NCBI GenBank assembly: GCA_002633005.1
Contig: NMRA01000456.1
Span: 267,410-313,299, forward strand
Direction of reading: 5' to 3'
DNA length: 45,890 nt
Origin: Phoronis australis
Taxonomy: Eukaryota > Animalia > Phoronida
Positions 45,301 to 45,890 of the stretch are shown in pieces. The notes beneath the pieces are model-generated. The model made no database searches. It saw only the letters and a list, made by a program, of their open reading frames with translations, and was not told the origin of the DNA. The position numbers and the translations under genes were made by a program. Numbering within the stretch: position 1 is the stretch's first letter; every line of letters begins with the position of its first letter.

Positions 45301-45840
45301 ATGCGAAATTGATGAGGTACTGAACAATTCATTTGCTACACTATTCTAACACCAGCATTCAATTTGTTTTGACAGTCCTGTCTGAAAGTACCAGCCCTTT
45401 GCTTATATTGGGACTGGACAACAGGAATCTTTTCTGACATGCGATTTGTCATTAAAAATAGAAATCAATGTCTGAAAAATGGTAAATATTGAAAGTCCGA
45501 TTACATTAAAGAGTTTGTTATTACAAAGTAACAACTACGAGACAAGACTAGACTGTGGTCCATGAAGCTTGTATCAATTAGTTTCTAATCATTGATGTGA
45601 TGCCACAACTGCTTACACGTTGGTGGGATGCTTACACTTTATGTACAAAAACTTTATGTCCCTGTGCTACAAAAGTCATTTGCACATTGCAGAGTACTTC
45701 AAAGGACGTCTATCTCTACCAATATTAAGGAACGCCTGGACTTCTCTTGTGCTCTGTTTGGCCCTGATGGTGGACTGGTGTCCAACGCCCCTCACATTCC
45801 TGTACACCTGGGAGCCATGCAGGAGACTGTCAGGTACCAG
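21133..45840 (+). CDS. OPLAH: 5-oxoprolinase (ATP-hydrolysing), first 18 coding exons (807 codons); continues beyond the window
   Basis: Hallmark motifs [124 protein letters not shown] and HIPVHLGAM; all GT-AG and phase-consistent. Confidence 0.97.
21484..23866 (-). mobile_element. Helentron-associated (HINE/DINE-1-like) non-autonomous element, tandem dimer of ~1.16-kb units
   Basis: Terminal hairpin TACTTGCTGAAAT-TT-ATTTCGCCAAGTA (23838-23865); related subterminal copy beside stem-loop CGCTCC-GA-GGAGCG at 21496 and 22652; GAT/GAC microsatellite blocks; period about 1155-1165 bp. Confidence 0.7.
24012..24162. mobile_element. Short G/C-tract MITE
   Basis: CAGAAGCGGATTTAAGGGGGG ... GGATCCGCCCCTG termini. 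Confidence 0.6.
25097..25161. repeat. Perfect 30-bp tandem duplication
   Basis: TGCCTGCAGGTCCCCCATCTCATAGTGTGC x2. Confidence 0.9.
25221..25706. mobile_element. Fold-back MITE with ~50-bp TIRs and an internal ~60-bp inverted repeat
   Basis: Outer GGCGAATTATGCCGCACACTGATTA / TAATCAGTGTGAGGCATAATTCGCC; inner TTCAGTTGCTCAAATCGGCAACTGGCCAT / ATGGCCAGTTGCCGATTTGAGCAACTGAA. Confidence 0.75.
26446..26637 (+). CDS. OPLAH: OPLAH exon 2
   Basis: YTGIPHP...[17 protein letters not shown]...RPNIFDL|GTGAGT. Confidence 0.95.
27150..27275 (+). CDS. OPLAH: OPLAH exon 3
   Basis: [20 protein letters not shown]...GTTKEK|GTATGT. Confidence 0.92.
28308..28414 (+). CDS. OPLAH: OPLAH exon 4
   Basis: VEIWQPV...[13 protein letters not shown]; donor AC|GTTAGT. 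Confidence 0.92.
28657..28894. mobile_element. Harbinger-type MITE nested in the Kolobok-like element
   Basis: CTG direct repeats on both flanks; TIR GAGCCTGTTCCAAGAAACTGACTTA / TAAGTCAGTTTTGTTGGAACACGCCC. Confidence 0.65.
29036..29620 (+). pseudogene. Decayed KolX / P2X7-ballast-like Cys-rich gene
   Basis: Acidic N-terminus, GYMFEPEY, then [25 protein letters not shown] (stop at the expected Trp of WCxCxxC...ECxCC); after an insertion, [11 protein letters not shown]. Confidence 0.65.
29331..29544. mobile_element. Small MITE interrupting the KolX-like relic
   Basis: Imperfect TIR CATGTGCACACCCAG / CTGGTTGCGCGCATG with repeated AAA(A/G)GTCC motifs. Confidence 0.5.
29810..30080 (-). pseudogene. 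Frameshifted THAP zinc-finger domain (N-terminus of a Kolobok-type transposase)
   Basis: [10 protein letters not shown]...LHRFLKD...WL, a frameshift to [13 protein letters not shown], then LKKGAI (C2CH motif plus AVPT-like box). Confidence 0.8.
31249..31444 (+). CDS. OPLAH: OPLAH exon 5
   Basis: FHGHEDQVG...[24 protein letters not shown]...GLD|GTGAGT. Confidence 0.95.
31798..31850 (+). CDS. OPLAH: OPLAH exon 6
   Basis: [17 protein letters not shown]; donor AA|GTCAGT lies in the first unit of a 26-bp array. Confidence 0.92.
31838..32311 (+). repeat. Minisatellite, 18 x 26 bp (CACCTGTTGACAAGTCAGTATATTGC), spanning the OPLAH exon 6 donor
   Basis: 17 identical units, one unit (32254-32279) with 2 substitutions, plus a 6-bp partial unit. 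Confidence 0.97.
33359..33471 (+). CDS. OPLAH: OPLAH exon 7
   Basis: [19 protein letters not shown]...PVIGFDMG. Confidence 0.95.
33808..33896 (+). CDS. OPLAH: OPLAH exon 8
   Basis: [29 protein letters not shown]. Confidence 0.95.
34916..35033 (+). CDS. OPLAH: OPLAH exon 9
   Basis: [39 protein letters not shown]. Confidence 0.95.
35380..35730. repeat. Dispersed repeat, same family as about 200-575
   Basis: Colinear similarity with the window start. Confidence 0.7.
35921..35986. repeat. Short palindrome / hairpin
   Basis: CAGAATTCTAGCCTTGGTGCAAAGCT ... AGCTTTGCACCAAGGCTGGTATTCTG. Confidence 0.75.
36264..36406 (+). CDS. OPLAH: OPLAH exon 10
   Basis: [25 protein letters not shown]...FKELTQE. 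Confidence 0.95.
36755..36874 (+). CDS. OPLAH: OPLAH exon 11
   Basis: VNTFL...[26 protein letters not shown]. Confidence 0.95.
37666..37778 (+). CDS. OPLAH: OPLAH exon 12
   Basis: [37 protein letters not shown]. Confidence 0.95.
38085..39165. mobile_element. Probable non-autonomous DNA element with GCGAGC/GCGACC subterminal motif clusters at both ends
   Basis: CpG-rich motif clusters at about 38090-38200 and 39040-39140 resemble those at 15030-15140; termini not resolved. Confidence 0.4.
39350..39730. repeat. Degenerate (GAT/GTC/GTT)n low-complexity tract
   Basis: Trinucleotide-periodic degenerate sequence. Confidence 0.6.
39938..40108 (+). CDS. OPLAH: OPLAH exon 13
   Basis: [22 protein letters not shown]...LESQGFD. 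Confidence 0.95.
40252..41636 (+). mobile_element. HINE/Helentron-like non-autonomous element with internal subrepeats
   Basis: TTTTT-ATGCGCCCAC at the 5' end, inverted copy GTGGGCGCAT at 41601 followed by a weak stem and T-rich end; internal repeats carry GCC(C/A)CCT(A/G)GTGG. Confidence 0.6.
42140..42416 (+). CDS. OPLAH: OPLAH exon 14
   Basis: [22 protein letters not shown]...[18 protein letters not shown]...SEK. Confidence 0.94.
42694..42806 (+). CDS. OPLAH: OPLAH exon 15
   Basis: [37 protein letters not shown]. Confidence 0.93.
43380..44000 (+). mobile_element. Decayed L1/Tx1-type LINE ORF2 C-terminal (zinc-knuckle) fragment; boundaries approximate
   Basis: [29 protein letters not shown], a frameshift, then CDC at about 43844-43940. 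Confidence 0.6.
44199..44262 (+). CDS. OPLAH: OPLAH exon 16
   Basis: [21 protein letters not shown]. Confidence 0.93.
44305..44490. repeat. Degenerate ~14-bp tandem repeat (TGTGTCTTG(T/C)CA(C/T))
   Basis: About a dozen imperfect units directly after OPLAH exon 16. Confidence 0.85.
45134..45234 (+). CDS. OPLAH: OPLAH exon 17
   Basis: [33 protein letters not shown]. Confidence 0.95.
45693..45840 (+). CDS. OPLAH: OPLAH exon 18
   Basis: [49 protein letters not shown]|GTGAGT. Confidence 0.95.
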
Positions 45841-45890
45841 GTGAGTTTAAAGGGGTGAGATATTAGAGGCAAGATCGATCCAACATGATA

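Overview
Eukaryotic (invertebrate-like, AT-rich, repeat-dense, draft assembly) genomic window containing two intron-rich genes in head-to-head orientation, with only 317 bp between their start codons. HEATR3 (Syo1/symportin-like HEAT-repeat protein) is on the minus strand at 1056-20815; one expected exon falls in the N-gap. OPLAH (5-oxoprolinase) is on the plus strand from 21133 and runs past the window end; its 18 visible exons (807 codons) all have GT-AG boundaries with consistent phases. Two apparent tandem duplications of HEATR3 exons abut single-N contig joins and look like uncollapsed alleles. The introns hold many DNA-transposon relics: a Tc1 relic, hAT/Harbinger/Tc1-type MITEs, two Helentron-associated (HINE/DINE-1-like) elements and a LINE fragment. 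Most notable observations: (i) a TTAA-flanked Kolobok-like element carrying convergent decayed genes for a THAP protein and a KolX/P2X7-ballast-like Cys-rich protein; (ii) tandem repeats built exactly on splice donors (18 x 26 bp at an OPLAH exon; an in-frame triplicated donor in one HEATR3 copy); (iii) HINE-like elements carrying arrays of CTCF-like or NRF1/YY1/ETS-like motifs. All calls come from manual reading; no database searches were run.
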